Shown one piece after another: positions 47,957-59,728 of a DNA stretch of 64,000 bases. Position numbers and translations under genes: made by a program. Where the stretch lies: the NCBI GenBank assembly GCA_051313645.2, contig JBNRSN020000024.1, positions 83,080,001-83,144,000 of the forward strand, in the 5' to 3' direction. Numbering within the stretch: position 1 is the first letter of the stretch; each line of letters starts with the position of its first letter. The stretch comes from Centroscyllium fabricii (taxonomy: Eukaryota). A model generated the notes under the pieces. It ran no database searches. It saw only the letters and a program-made list of their open reading frames with translations, and was not told the DNA's origin.

Positions 47957-48121
47957 CTTCCTGCAGCTTCTTGGGCGAGTGACGTTTGGCCCGGCTGGTC
48001 AGCATTATCCTGCCGAGCAGCGCGTCTGTGCCCGTCACTTCCTCCTCGCACATCCAGTCGTCCACCATGCACAGGTGAGGATAGTTGGTGGCCAACAGAC
48101 GCAGCAGTGCCGAGTGCAGGC
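47957..48121 (-). CDS. INTS2: INTS2 coding exon
   Basis: cttag|GC CTG ... GAA G|gtaaca; LHSALLRLLATNYPHLCMVDDWMCEEEVTGTDALLGRIML...SPKKLQE. Confidence 0.95.
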
Positions 48122-48899
48122 CTAAGGGACAGGAAAATCTCGTCAGTTCCGGATGTGCCTTGCGGTACATAGATCAGGCCTTTCCTGACATCTGAATTAG
48201 CAATATTATTTAACGCAGTCATTCCTCATTGTATTACTGATCTACTGTGACCTCCCCTCCCCCCACTTGTTAGAACACACATTATTTAGAGCGCCTAGAG
48301 AAACCATTTAAAACACCCACTTGGCCAACACGCTGCTTTACACTATGTTTCCACCATGTCTGGTGCTTTGTTAACTCACTCACTCTGTGAGGAGGACCCA
48401 CCCTCCTGGGGGTCTGGGTTCTTACTTTAGGAGACTAAACACGTCGGTCAGTCTGTCACTTTCTCAGTAATACACAAAGTCAGAAACTGTAAAATAATTA
48501 AAGTTTATTACCCAGTACTTCACTCTGAGAGACCCCTTGTGTTTGCACACAAGCATAGCAACCCAGAAGTGCGCTCTCGCTCTGAGACTGCAATTATTTA
48601 TACAAACATAAATGTAAAGACCTTGCAAAAAGATTAAACGTACATGCTCAGTGAATAATTCTGAAAAATGAAAACAACTAATGAAAAAATAAAGAGACAG
48701 TACAAACCCAATTAAATGTCAACATCTAGTGTTGACTCCTTCTTATCTCTGCAGCCGCAGCTTTGTTTATGAAAAAGAAAGATCTCTATATAGACAGTCT
48801 GTCGCTATACTTTTTACCTCTTTGCTACCAAACTTTTAACCCATGTCAAACTATAGTAAAGCAATCTAGAGTTAGCCAAAGTTTATCAGCTTGACTTGA

Positions 48900-49345
48900 A
48901 AGAAAGAAAAAAAGACTTGCATTTATATAGCGCCTTTCACGACCACCAGACATCCCAAAGTGCTTTACGGCCAATGAAGTACTTTTGAAGTGTTGTAATG
49001 TGGGAATCGTGGCAGCCAATTTGCGCACAGCAAGCTCCCACAAACAGCAACGTGATAATGACCAGATAATCTATTTTAGTGATATTGATTGAGGGATAAA
49101 TATTGGCCTCAGGACACTGGGGAGAACTCCCCTGCTCTTGTTCGAAATAGTGCCGCGGGATCTTTTTACATCCACCCGAGAGGGTTTAACGTCTCGTCTG
49201 AAAGACAGCACCTCCGACAGTGCAGCACTCCCCTCAGTACTGCAGTGCAGTCAGCCTATATTTTGGTGTTCAAGTCTCTGGAGTGGGACCAGAACCCACA
49301 ACCTTCTGACTCAGGAGAGAGTGCCACCAACTGAGCCAGGGCGGA
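48900..49345 (-). mobile_element. Deu-domain SINE (SacSINE1-like)
   Basis: Reverse complement of the 29950 family, near full length. Confidence 0.8.
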
Positions 49346-49788
49346 CACTAATTATAGTCCCCATTCCAGGCTGGCAGCTACCTGTACAACTTCACTGAAA
49401 CTTTACATGGCTCCTTTCAAAGAAGAATCCAACCTCATGTTAAAAGAGGGAGCTAATGTTTTGGAGGACTGTAGCTGTATTTTTGCATTCAAGCAAGATT
49501 ACAGGGCAGCCATGTAGGGCAAGTGAGTGGGGCAAGTCCAATCTCCATGCTCCCCCCACCTCTGCTGAAATGGTCATGCTTGCCGGGGTTCGATCTCACC
49601 GGCAGCAGCGGCATCCTTGTAGCTCACATGGCAGTTCTTCACCTGCGCACATCGACAGCGAATGCTGGAAGGCAACATATCCAAACCCCAGCCTGTCTGT
49701 ACGCTTTCCAGCAGGGTCAATGGACAGTGATTGTGAGTCACAACTCTGCCCGTCTTTTTATCCCTCTCTCTGGCCCAGGGTTGCTGAG

Positions 49789-49953
49789 CAATGTTCCCTC
49801 TAATTTTTATTTTAGGTGCGCGGTCCTTTTAACTGACTGCGCAGCCCATTCACATTTTCGCGCATGTGCGGTTTCTTCAATGTAAAGGCCGACGAGTGGC
49901 CTGCGCGGGACCTCTAGCCCGCTGTGTGGTCGTGCAGCTTAACAGGAACGTTG
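49789..49953. mobile_element. Short hAT-like MITE (CAATGTTCCC TIR family)
   Basis: caatgttccctctaa ... ggaacgttg; flanks ttgctgag/gtgcagag. Confidence 0.7.
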
Positions 49954-50071
49954 GTGCAGAGTCCAATTGTAGGTATCCAAATCACTACCCCAGCTCAGAC
50001 TTGCTAACTCGGCACAAACCCGAAACCTTCCCCGATTGGAATGGCCCAATACCACACCAGGCACCACCATA

Positions 50072-50572
50072 GGGGAGGCGGTGGCGTAGTGGTTATGTCA
50101 CTAGACTAGTAAGCCAGAGGCTCAGTCAAATGCTCTGAGGACATGGGTTCAAATCCCACCACGGCAGCTGGTGGAATTTAAATTAAATTCAATTTAATTC
50201 TGGAATTAAATGTTAGTCTTAGTAATGGTGACCATGATACCATTGTCGATTGTTGCAAAAACCCATCTGGTTCACTAATGTCCTTTTGGGAGGGAAATCT
50301 GCCGTCCTTACCCGGTCTGGCCTACATGTGACTCCAGACCCACAGCAATGTGGTTGACTCTTAATGCCCTCTGAAATGGCTCAGCAGACCACTCAGTTGT
50401 AATCAACCGCTACGCAACATTGTGGGTGCACCTACACCATATGGACTGCAGCGGTTCAAGGCGGCGGCTCACCACCATCTTCTCAAGGGCAATTGGGGAT
50501 GGGCACTAAATGCAGGCCTAGCCAGTCAGTGACGCCCACATCCCATCAACGAATAAAAACAATTAAAAAAAA
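50072..50572 (+). mobile_element. tRNA-headed SINE sharing head and tail with the LINE at 59729
   Basis: A box tggcgtagtgg, B box ggttcaaatccc; body colinear with 59729-60012, then jumps to the 63083-63230-like tail and poly(A). Confidence 0.85.
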
Positions 50573-50810
50573 TTACCCAGGGCCCTGTACCACACCAGGC
50601 ACCACCTTTACCCAGGGCCCAGTATCACCTTTACCCAGGGCCCAGTACCACCATTACCCAGGGCTCAGTATCACCTTTACCCAGGGCCCAGTACCACCAT
50701 TACCCAGGGCCCAGTATCACCATTACCCAGGGCCCAGTATCACCATTACCCAGGGCCTGGCATCACCATTACCCAGGGCCCAGTACCACTCCAGGCACCA
50801 CCTTTACCCA
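50573..50810 (+). repeat. 23-bp minisatellite (ttacccagggcccagta[t/c]cacc[a/t]), about 8 units
   Basis: Direct inspection. Confidence 0.9.
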
Positions 50811-51016
50811 CTAAGCCATTGGAAGACCTCTACCCGTAACATCTAGAGATGAATTCCAATGGAATCTTGTTTCAATGGGGCTGGATGAATTAAAAAAAAA
50901 ACATTTATAACAAGACACATCTTCAATTACAAATGGCTGCACCAGGTCAGAGTATTGGGGCTGGGTTGTAATGTGCTCAGACGGAACCTGCGGATTCCAA
51001 TGTAGTTTGTCTTTAC

Positions 51017-51121
51017 CTCCCAGCTCCTGTTGAAGCCCCTGTGCCTGGCGAATCAAGTACTTGATAGGAATCTGGTCCATCAGCGCTGCAGAGTAGGACT
51101 TGGGCTTCTTCTGTAATATAG
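51017..51121 (-). CDS. INTS2: INTS2 coding exon
   Basis: tatag|CT ATA ... GGA G|gtaaag; ILQKKPKSYSAALMDQIPIKYLIRQAQGLQQELG. Confidence 0.94.
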
Positions 51122-51319
51122 CTATATGCAAGAGTGATGGAAATAGTTAGCATGTCCATCAATGAGCCACTTCGACAGACACAGAACCTGAGCAGCAATC
51201 TAAACATTTCAAATAAAAAAATCGAGGCTTCAAGTAAGAAAAGTAAAACCTTCATTAGGTCAACTCAATTTGATAAAACAAATTGGTGGTAGTTATCAGG
51301 CTAACTTAAACGAAAGAAA

Positions 51320-51755
51320 AAAGAACATTACATTTATATAGCACCTTTCACAACCTCAGGGTGTCCCAAAGCGCTTTACAGTCAATGAAGTACTTTTGTA
51401 GCACAGGCGCTGTTGTAATTTGGGAAACACAGCAGCTAATTTGCACACAGCAAGCTCCCACAAAGAGCAATGTGATAATGAGCAGATAATCTGTTTCTTG
51501 TGATGTTGATTGAGCCATAAATATTGGCCAGGGCACCAGGGAGAACTCCCCTGCTTTTCTTCCAAATGGTGCCGTGGGAACGTTTATGTCCACCTGAGAG
51601 GACATCGGAACGTCTCATCCGAAAGGCGGCACCTCCGACCCTCGGTACTACATTGAAGAGTCAGCCTTGATTTTTGTGCTCAAGTCCCTGGAGTGGGGCT
51701 TGAACCCACAAACTTGTGACTCGGAGGCGAGAGCGTCAACACTGAGCCACGGCCA
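51320..51755 (-). mobile_element. Deu-domain SINE
   Basis: Similarity to 48900-49345. Confidence 0.78.
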
Positions 51756-51756
51756 A

Positions 51757-51888
51757 CCGACGAAAGATCATCGACCTGAAACGTTAACTCTGTTTCTCTC
51801 TCCACCGATGCTGCCTGGCCTGCTGAGTTTTTCCAGCGTTTTCTGTTGTTATTTCGGATTTCCAGCATCCGCAGTATTTTGCTATCGT
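51757..51888 (+). mobile_element. Penelope-like fragment, family P1, decayed hammerhead core
   Basis: ccgacgaaagatcatcgacctgaaacgttaactctg... Confidence 0.7.
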
Positions 51889-52220
51889 ATTGAGTTATCT
51901 TACTGTATGGGGAAGACCATGTTTGGTCTGCCCCTGCTTCTGCAGACCGGTCTGTTGGTGGGGTGAGAGAGAAAAAGAAAAAATCAACATCAGCCAGCCG
52001 GATACGAGACCTGTTTCCCTCGAAAGCTACACCTACTGTAGGTCAATGTGGAGATGCCTGTGGAGGAGGTGTGTGTGTGTGTGTGTCTCAGACTACCTGC
52101 CTTTAACATGGGCTACTGTACCTATGGAAAGAAATCCTTGAGATGGCGGAGGCGGGGTAACGAGAGGAAAGAGGTTAAAATGAAACGCTCTCCCCGGGTG
52201 AGACAGAAACATACACATAC

Positions 52221-52329
52221 CTAATGACTTCACGTTGGACAATAGAGTCTCCTCGTATGAAAGTGTGTAATAGAGGACCAGAAGTTGGGCTGTGATGCTG
52301 TGTCTCTGTCGACATTGGTTGTTCTCGCC
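52221..52329 (-). CDS. INTS2: INTS2 coding exon
   Basis: catag|GGC ... TTA G|gtatgt; GENNQCRQRHSITAQLLVLYYTLSYEETLLSNVKSL. Confidence 0.92.
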
Positions 52330-52718
52330 CTATGTATAAGCACAGGAAAATGATGACTAAAGCAGCTCCCTCCAAATGGTCGACTTTGTATTTAATGCTC
52401 GATGCCCTCGTAACATTTCCACATGCGCGCTTCAGATACAACTTTAAAACAAATCCGCATTCAGCAAAGTGCTGAATAATGAGAATACGTCATTCTACTA
52501 AAATAATTTGTTACATCCAAGATTAAAGTGAGGGAGTGTTCAGTGGAAAGAAAACCCTTCACCGGGGTGGAATTTGTGTCATTCTGTTTCTAGTCACACA
52601 CAGCTCTGCAGGAATACCAGCTAGAAAGCACAAATTAAACCACTGCGGGTTCAGTCATCCATAATGTGACAATTCCACACCAACAAACCCAAAACCATAA
52701 ATCATACTGGGTTGGAGA

Positions 52719-53112
52719 ATAGAAACATAGAGAAACATAGAAACTAGGAGCAGGAGTAGGCCATTCGGCCCTTCGAGCCTGCTCCGCCATTCAATGAGAT
52801 CATGGCTGATCATCCAAACCCAGTACCCTGCCCTCGCCCCATATCCCTCGATCGCTATATCGACACATATCCCACCCTATCCCCGTAACCCCACATATTC
52901 AATCCCCCTAACACTAAGGGTCAATTTATCATGGCCAATCAACCTAACCCGCACATCTTTGGACTGTGGGAGGAAACCGGAGCACCCGGAGGAAACCCAC
53001 GCAGACACGGGGAGAATGTGCAAACTCCACACAGATAGTACCCGAGGCTGGATTTGAACCCGGGTCTCCAGTGCTGAGAGACAACCGTGCTAACCACTGT
53101 GCCACCGTGCCG
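52719..53112 (-). mobile_element. HE1-like V-SINE, long CR1 tail
   Basis: Head, V-domain and tail. Confidence 0.88.
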
Positions 53113-53621
53113 CGATGGGCTTGCCATCACAATGCTCCCACTCATTTTAAAACTGGCATTTAAAATTTTGATTTAGGGTTAGGAGTTCGAATATTAGCAT
53201 TTTATTTTTGCTCGGAAGGTTTGTCGCCCTTTACCCCCAGGCAGCGATTGTCGTCCAGAATCTCAGTCAAGTGGCCATTCTTCCTGCCTTGGCACAGAGT
53301 TTCGGCAGGTTATACAACTGTGGAGGCATCACACCAAGCCTAATCCTGTCCTTAACTGGCGTTTACACACGTGCATCCCCAGCAAGGGGGTCGGTCGCTG
53401 CACAGCAATCGAGAATGGAAATCCTTGCAAGTTTTCCCCTCATGCTGCGCAGTCAAACTCAGTGCGGACTGGGATTGAATATGGGGCCTTCCTCGTCTTG
53501 ATAGCTCAGACACAGTGGACCCGATTCTCCTTTGTTTAATACACCAGTTCCCAAGGCATTATGTCCAAGGATTAGGAGCGGAAACTCTTAACACTGCGCA
53601 ACTTCTCTCCCTCGATTAGCT

Positions 53622-54001
53622 GCGGCACGGTGACATAGTGGTTAGCACTGTTGCCTCACAGCACTAGAGACCTGGGTTCAAATCCAGCCTTGGGTACTAT
53701 CTCTGTGGAGTTTGCACATTCTCCCTGTGTCTGCGTGGGTTTCCTCCGGGTGCTCTGGTTTCCTCCCACAGTCCAAAGATGTGCGGGTTAGGTTGATTGG
53801 CCGGGATAAATTTACCCTTAGTGTTAGGGGGATTGAATATGTGGGGTAACGGGGAGAGGGTGGGATATGTGTCGGTACAGGCTCGATAGGGATATGGGGA
53901 CAAGGCAGGGACAGGGTACTGGGTTTGGATGATCAGCCATGATCTCATTGAATGGCGGAGCAGGCTCGAAGGGCCGAATGGCCTACTCCGGCTCCTAGTT
54001 T
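53622..54001 (+). mobile_element. HE1-like V-SINE, long CR1 tail
   Basis: Head, V-domain and tail. Confidence 0.88.
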
Positions 54002-54157
54002 CTCTCACTTTCCCACGTGGCAGTAAAGCTTGGTGCTCATATAAGCTATTTAAACGAGCTGAATCAGGAAACACGGGCGGGTTTGAAGAGGGGGAGCAGG
54101 CCTGTGACTCTAAACCATGGCGGGTGGGGGTGGGGGGTATGGAAAGCACAACAGGAA

Positions 54158-54282
54158 CAATGTTCCCATTAAGCTGCGCAGCCCTCTGCAGCTCCAGCGC
54201 AGCTGGCTTTAAATGGGAAAAACTGCGCACATGCGGTATTTTGAATGGGCCGCGCACCCAATAAATATTAAAGGGAACATTG
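54158..54282. mobile_element. Short hAT-like MITE (CAATGTTCCC TIR family)
   Basis: caatgttccc ... gggaacattg; opposite orientation to 49789. Confidence 0.72.
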
Positions 54283-54412
54283 GATAGGAGAGCAATCTTT
54301 TTCATGTTTCCAAAAACAAAATGCAATATCGAGGTTCAGTATTCCACTAGCATGAACCACAACTTGCAACACTTCACTTCAGACCCGCTGGCTTCACAGA
54401 TGCTGATCTCAC

Positions 54413-54589
54413 CCAAGTAAGGCCGTTGAATACATTGAGGACCTCCTGTTCTGTGATTGGTTGGTTTGTGGCTTCAGGGTTAGCCTTGGATGCCGGGGTT
54501 AGGATGGAGTTGATGTAAACGTCGATCAGAGGGATTAACTGAGGGTGCAGAGGGGTTGTCGTCTCACACATCTGTCTGTAAATCCAATC
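54413..54589 (-). CDS. INTS2: INTS2 coding exon
   Basis: tttag|GAT ... TGG|gtgaga; DWIYRQMCETTTPLHPQLIPLIDVYINSILTPASKANPEATNQPITEQEVLNVF. Confidence 0.95.
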
Positions 54590-56134
54590 CTAAAAGTGTA
54601 AATCAACAAATAATTTTGAAAAATGCAATATTTATTCCCATCAGCTTTCGTAAGAAGCACCAGCACAGTGGATTTGTCACTGGATTGCAGACAGAATTCC
54701 CAGTGTCCTTAATTACGGGTTTGGGATAGCTCACCAGGCTGTCCCGAGTGGGGACCAGGCATTCCCCAGATACAGAAGCTGGACTGAGGAGGACAATGTT
54801 CATTTGACTCGGGACCCTTGCAGCAGAGACTTTCATGCCACTAGTCTAGGCTGGATTCACACCCAGGTGCCTGAATGTTAGGTATTTATTCATGTGTATT
54901 AATGTTGGTACAGGTATTCCATATCCCTGCCTACAGAACCTCCCGTCATCTGCAACAGACATCACAGGAGAAGCACAGCCAGAGAAATGAGACACGCTTC
55001 AGGCACCGACCCATTTTCAGTAGGAATTCAGGCTATTCTCCCTGCTCCGCACCAAGGCTAGAGTAATCACATCACTTATTTTGCCACGCAAGCCTTTCGA
55101 CATTTTCTGACCAAGGGGATTAAACTTTTCTCAACAATTAATCCTCCTTCCTCAGTCCAAGACAGGTGAAGGACAAGTAGCCTCTAGGACATGGCTTGTG
55201 ACCGTCGGGGAAGGTCAGCAGGGATTGCAAGAGACTGATCCTGACTTGCCTTGCAATGTTTTCCCCTCCTGCCCACCGCTCCGCAGTGCTGACCCAGATT
55301 AAAGATAAAGAATTCAACAGTTGGAAATCACGGGGCTTCAATCCCAACGGCACGGGGCCAAAGTGCAGTTCAGAGCAGCACTGCTGCAAGTGACTTTTAG
55401 TCTCTAGTTTAATGCAATCACTTCAATCATTTCTCCCATTAATCAGCAGGAATGTATTTCTATCCTTTGTGCCCAAAGCATTCTCAACAGAGGGGGGCAG
55501 GCAATTCACTGCTTTATAGCTTTCACCTTGGTGCTGTTCTGTAACCGATGGCTTGACCCAGTTTCAGAGTTTCCCTTTGTGTCTGTGGATTGGCACACAG
55601 CTCCTGTTTTGGCTGCTCCATACGTCAGCCAATCAGGCTTTTTTTTTGGTACCTTGCTCTGCAATCTTTTTCTTTCACAGTGAATTAGCATTAAGCTGAA
55701 TCCTTGTAATGATATACTGTTCATTGCTCCAGACAGCCAGTACCTGGTTTATATTTTTTGGCCCCGAATCAAATCCTCAGAAGCAGAAGAGTGTGCACAA
55801 AGCTCCACTCCTGGCCTCTGAGTTTGACATGCTGCGAGCACAAATCAGTTAAAAGCATTTTTAAACTCAAACTAGGTTTGACACTATGTTGGTCTTATAC
55901 TCCATAAAGTGGTCATCAAGATAATTACAGATGAGGAAGGCTATTTGGCCCATTTTGGTTATCGATTCAGAAAGACCCAACATGCCACAGCCATTAACTG
56001 TTTCCTAAACCATTGCCGGATTGTCAACCATACTCTATATCTAGGAGATACATTCTGTGTATTAATCATTCAGTGTATTAGTTTGTGCTGCTGTCCCGTG
56101 CGGTACTCTTGCAATTTAGTTTGAACATCATAAT

Positions 56135-56325
56135 AACATAAGAAATAAGAGCAGGAGTCGGCCATTCGGCCCCTCGAGCCTGCTCTGCCATTCAATAAGA
56201 TCACGGCTGATCATCGACCTCAACTCCACTTTCCCACCCGATCCTCATATCCTTTGATTCCCCTAGAGTCCAAAAATCTATCGATCTCAGCCTTGAATAT
56301 GCTCAACGACTCAGCATCCGCAGCT
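56135..56325 (-). mobile_element. CR1-type 3' tail fragment
   Basis: Reverse complement of the standard CR1 tail. Confidence 0.78.
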
Positions 56326-57189
56326 TTTTTCAACTCATCTTATTGAGGTAACGTTCTGGATCCCCTCATTTTCCGTACCGTTTACTATCTTTTGTACCTC
56401 ACATCTCAGGTACCTTTTAAGGCTGTAAAGTCAATTTCTCCAGTATTTTTCTCATAACTCAACCTTTTACAGCAGGGATCAGCCCACAGTCAAACCCAAG
56501 TGGCGTGAGACTCCTCCACCACGGTGGGGGGGGGGGCTTCACACTGCTCTGCTCCACCGTCAGGTTGGGACTCGACTCCAGAGTTGGACCAAAGTAGAAA
56601 TCACTTTGTAGTGACGCAAACATCGCAGTACCTGTACTTCCTTAACACTAAGGTTATTTGTTGGGTTTCTAAGTTGCTGCCATGAAACCTCATCACAAAC
56701 ATACAATGGGAATATCAATCATTTCAGTTCCAGCGTTATTTCTGACTTCATTGTAATGTCTTTGCAGAGACAAATTAGGAATAAAACATAAAATATATAA
56801 TTTAAATCTTACATAGAATCTACAGCACAGAAACAGGCCATTCGGCCCAACTGGTCCATGTCAGCTCCAGACAAGCCTCCTCCCTCCCAATATATTTTGC
56901 ACTTACTGTCCACAAAGCTTACTTCCTGTTGCTACAATTTTTGGTCACATTTTTGTGTCATCATTTACCACTGTAGTTTGCTATGTAAACATTTCCTATT
57001 AATATTTGTTATGTCAACTGTCACAATGTATTTGCGGGCTCTGGCCAGCGAGTTTCTGAAGTCTCCTTCCCAACTCCGTCGCCATCTTGTATACTAAAAA
57101 GAACCTTATATTCATCAACTGACCGTGGGTGATGCCATGAGCAAACTACAAGTCCCTATTGTATTAAAAAGAATACAATTCTGAATACA

Positions 57190-57990
57190 ATTTTAACCCT
57201 GAAAAGTGTGAGGTGAAGCATTTTGGAAGGACGAACAAGGCAAGGGAATACACAATGAATGGTAAGATCCTAGAGAAGACAGAGGATCAGAGGGACCTTG
57301 GTGTGCATGTACATAGATCCCTGAAGACAGCAGGACAGGTGGATAAGGTGGTTAAAAAGGCATCTGGGATACTTGCCTTCATTAGCCGAGGCATAGAATA
57401 TAAGAGCAGGGAGGTTATGATGGAGCTGTACAAAACGCTGGTAAGGCCACAGCTGGAGTACTGTGTGCAGTTCTGGTCGCCACACTATAGGAAGGATGTG
57501 ATTGGTTTGGAGAGGGGGCAGAGGAGATTCACCAGGATGTTACCTGGGCTGGAGCGCTTCAGCTATGAAGAAAGACTGGACAGGCTGGGGTTGTTTTCCT
57601 TGGAGCAGAGAAGGCTGAGGGGGGTCCTGATAGAGGTGTACAAAATTATGAGGGGCATAGATAGGGTAGATAGAAAGGAACTTTTTCCCTTAGTATAGGG
57701 GTCAATAACCAGAGGGCATAGTTTCAAGGTAAGGGGCAGGAGGTTTAGAGGGGATTTGAGGAGGAACCTTTTCACCCAGAGGGTGGTTGGAATCTGGAAC
57801 TCACTGCCTGAAAGGGTGGTAGAGGCAGGAACCCTCACAACATTCAAGAGGCATTTAGATGAGCACTTGAAATGCCATAGCATACAAGGCTACGGACCAA
57901 ATGCAGGAAAATGGGATTAGAATAGACAGGGCTCGATGGCCGGCGTGGACGCGATGGGCCCCTTTCTGTGCTGTATAACTCTATCTATGA
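57190..57990 (+). mobile_element. CR1-type LINE 3' fragment
   Basis: ORF 57213-57698 LYKTLVRPQLEYCVQFWSPHYRKD...SLEQRRLRG. Confidence 0.9.
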
Positions 57991-58020
57991 CAATAAATGC
58001 AAGTAAAAATACTTCCGTAC

Positions 58021-58155
58021 CTTGATGGAAACCTTGTGCTTGGTGAAAGCACGACTTCTTAACAACTGGTAAATACAGTGTATGGGCAAGAACCCAGTGA
58101 TGGTGGCACTCAGGTTGCTGGTAACAGGAACACGCACGGCGTGGGCAGTAACTAC
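58021..58155 (-). CDS. INTS2: INTS2 coding exon
   Basis: tttag|GTA ... AAG|gtacgg; VVTAHAVRVPVTSNLSATITGFLPIHCIYQLLRSRAFTKHKVSIK. Confidence 0.95.
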
Positions 58156-58544
58156 CTAAAATTAGAAAGAAATACGAGAATGTGATCAGCATGTCATTAA
58201 ATTTAATATTCAAAATTAAAGACCCTTGTTTAAAAATTTACCCCACACATTTCATCACACAATGGCAGGAAGGAGGTTTACATGTGCCATCCTTCTACCT
58301 GCCCGAGTTCCTGCTCTTTGACCTGCAGGAGCTACTGAGGTACTTCACCCTTAGCCAGGCAAGAGTCAGCACCATCACTGCACACGACCTGGGAACTTGT
58401 TGTGAAGGGGCACCAGGAGATATCTGGAAATGCACCAACTTTCTGAACAGCTGGACATTCCACTAAATGATGGGGCAACGGAGACAGGATGAAAAGCATT
58501 TTCTCATTTTCAAACTCGTGCTCCAAATAGATAACTTGAAAACT

Positions 58545-59025
58545 GAAAGACAGATTGTATTTCTATAGCGCCTTTCACAACCACCAGATGTCCAAAAGTG
58601 CTTCACAGCCAATGACGTACTTTTTTTTGAAGTGTAGTCACTGTTGTAATGCAGGAAATGCGGCAGCCAATTTGCGCACAGCAAGATCCCACAAACAGCA
58701 ATGTGATAATGGCCAGATAATCTGATTTTAGTGATGTTAAGGGATAAATATTGGCCCCAGGACACTGGGGAGAACTCCCCTGCTCTTCTTCAAAATAGTG
58801 CCGCGGGATCTTTTACATCAAACTGAAACAGCAGACGCCCCGGGGCCTCAGTTTAAACGTCTCATCCGAAAGACACCACTTCTGACAGTGCAGCGCTTCC
58901 TCAGTACTGCACTGGGAGTGTCAGCCTAGATTTTTGTGCTCAAGTCTCTGGAGTGAGACTTGAACCCACAACCTTCTTCTGACTCAGCGGCAAGGGTGCT
59001 ACCCACTGAGCCAAGGCTGACACGA
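58545..59025 (-). mobile_element. Deu-domain SINE
   Basis: Full-length reverse copy of the 29950 family. Confidence 0.8.
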
Positions 59026-59728
59026 ACAGAGAAAAAAATTATTTAAAAAGCCAGCACAGAGGGCGAGAGCTCTAACTCTCAGTGCTAAGGAGTGGGAGGA
59101 GGCACGGTTGGTCTCCCAGTCTCTAGTCAGTTGGGGTATCCTGCCTGGTTGGTATTTCACGCATCCTGGAAATCAACCCAAGGCACATCAGCACAACACT
59201 GAGCACCACATTGCATCTGCACTCTCCAAGTAGCAAAGCTACGAATCTAGGTGACCTGAAAAAAATTAAAATATTTAAAATCTGTATTACAAAAGGTTTA
59301 TGTTTCCTAACTCAGTTTCTATAGAACTTGTCTGTGCACAGCACTGTGCCTCCCCCACACAAGCAGATAAAGCCAGTTGCACCCACGTAAACTGATCACA
59401 TACTGGTTTCTGCTTAATTGGTAACTGTGTATAATATTTTCCTTCTCGTTTGCACCTACCGCTCCTGACTCATGCTGGAGTATGTCTCCACAGCAGCCGC
59501 TTGTGTGGTACCTTGCGCAAGTGGCTGTGCTTGATGTGGGGGGCTGAGACAGTGAGCATCAGCTGGTGTCACCCAATGTTCACATGCATGCATAGTTCAT
59601 GCACAATTCACTGGGTGGCATTCAGGTGCAAGAATCCCAGCCAATTCTTCCCCTCCTAAGCCCAGGAATACGGAGACCCTACTGTTGCCCCAGCTCAGCT
59701 AACTCAGTACAAACTGGGATTCCATACC

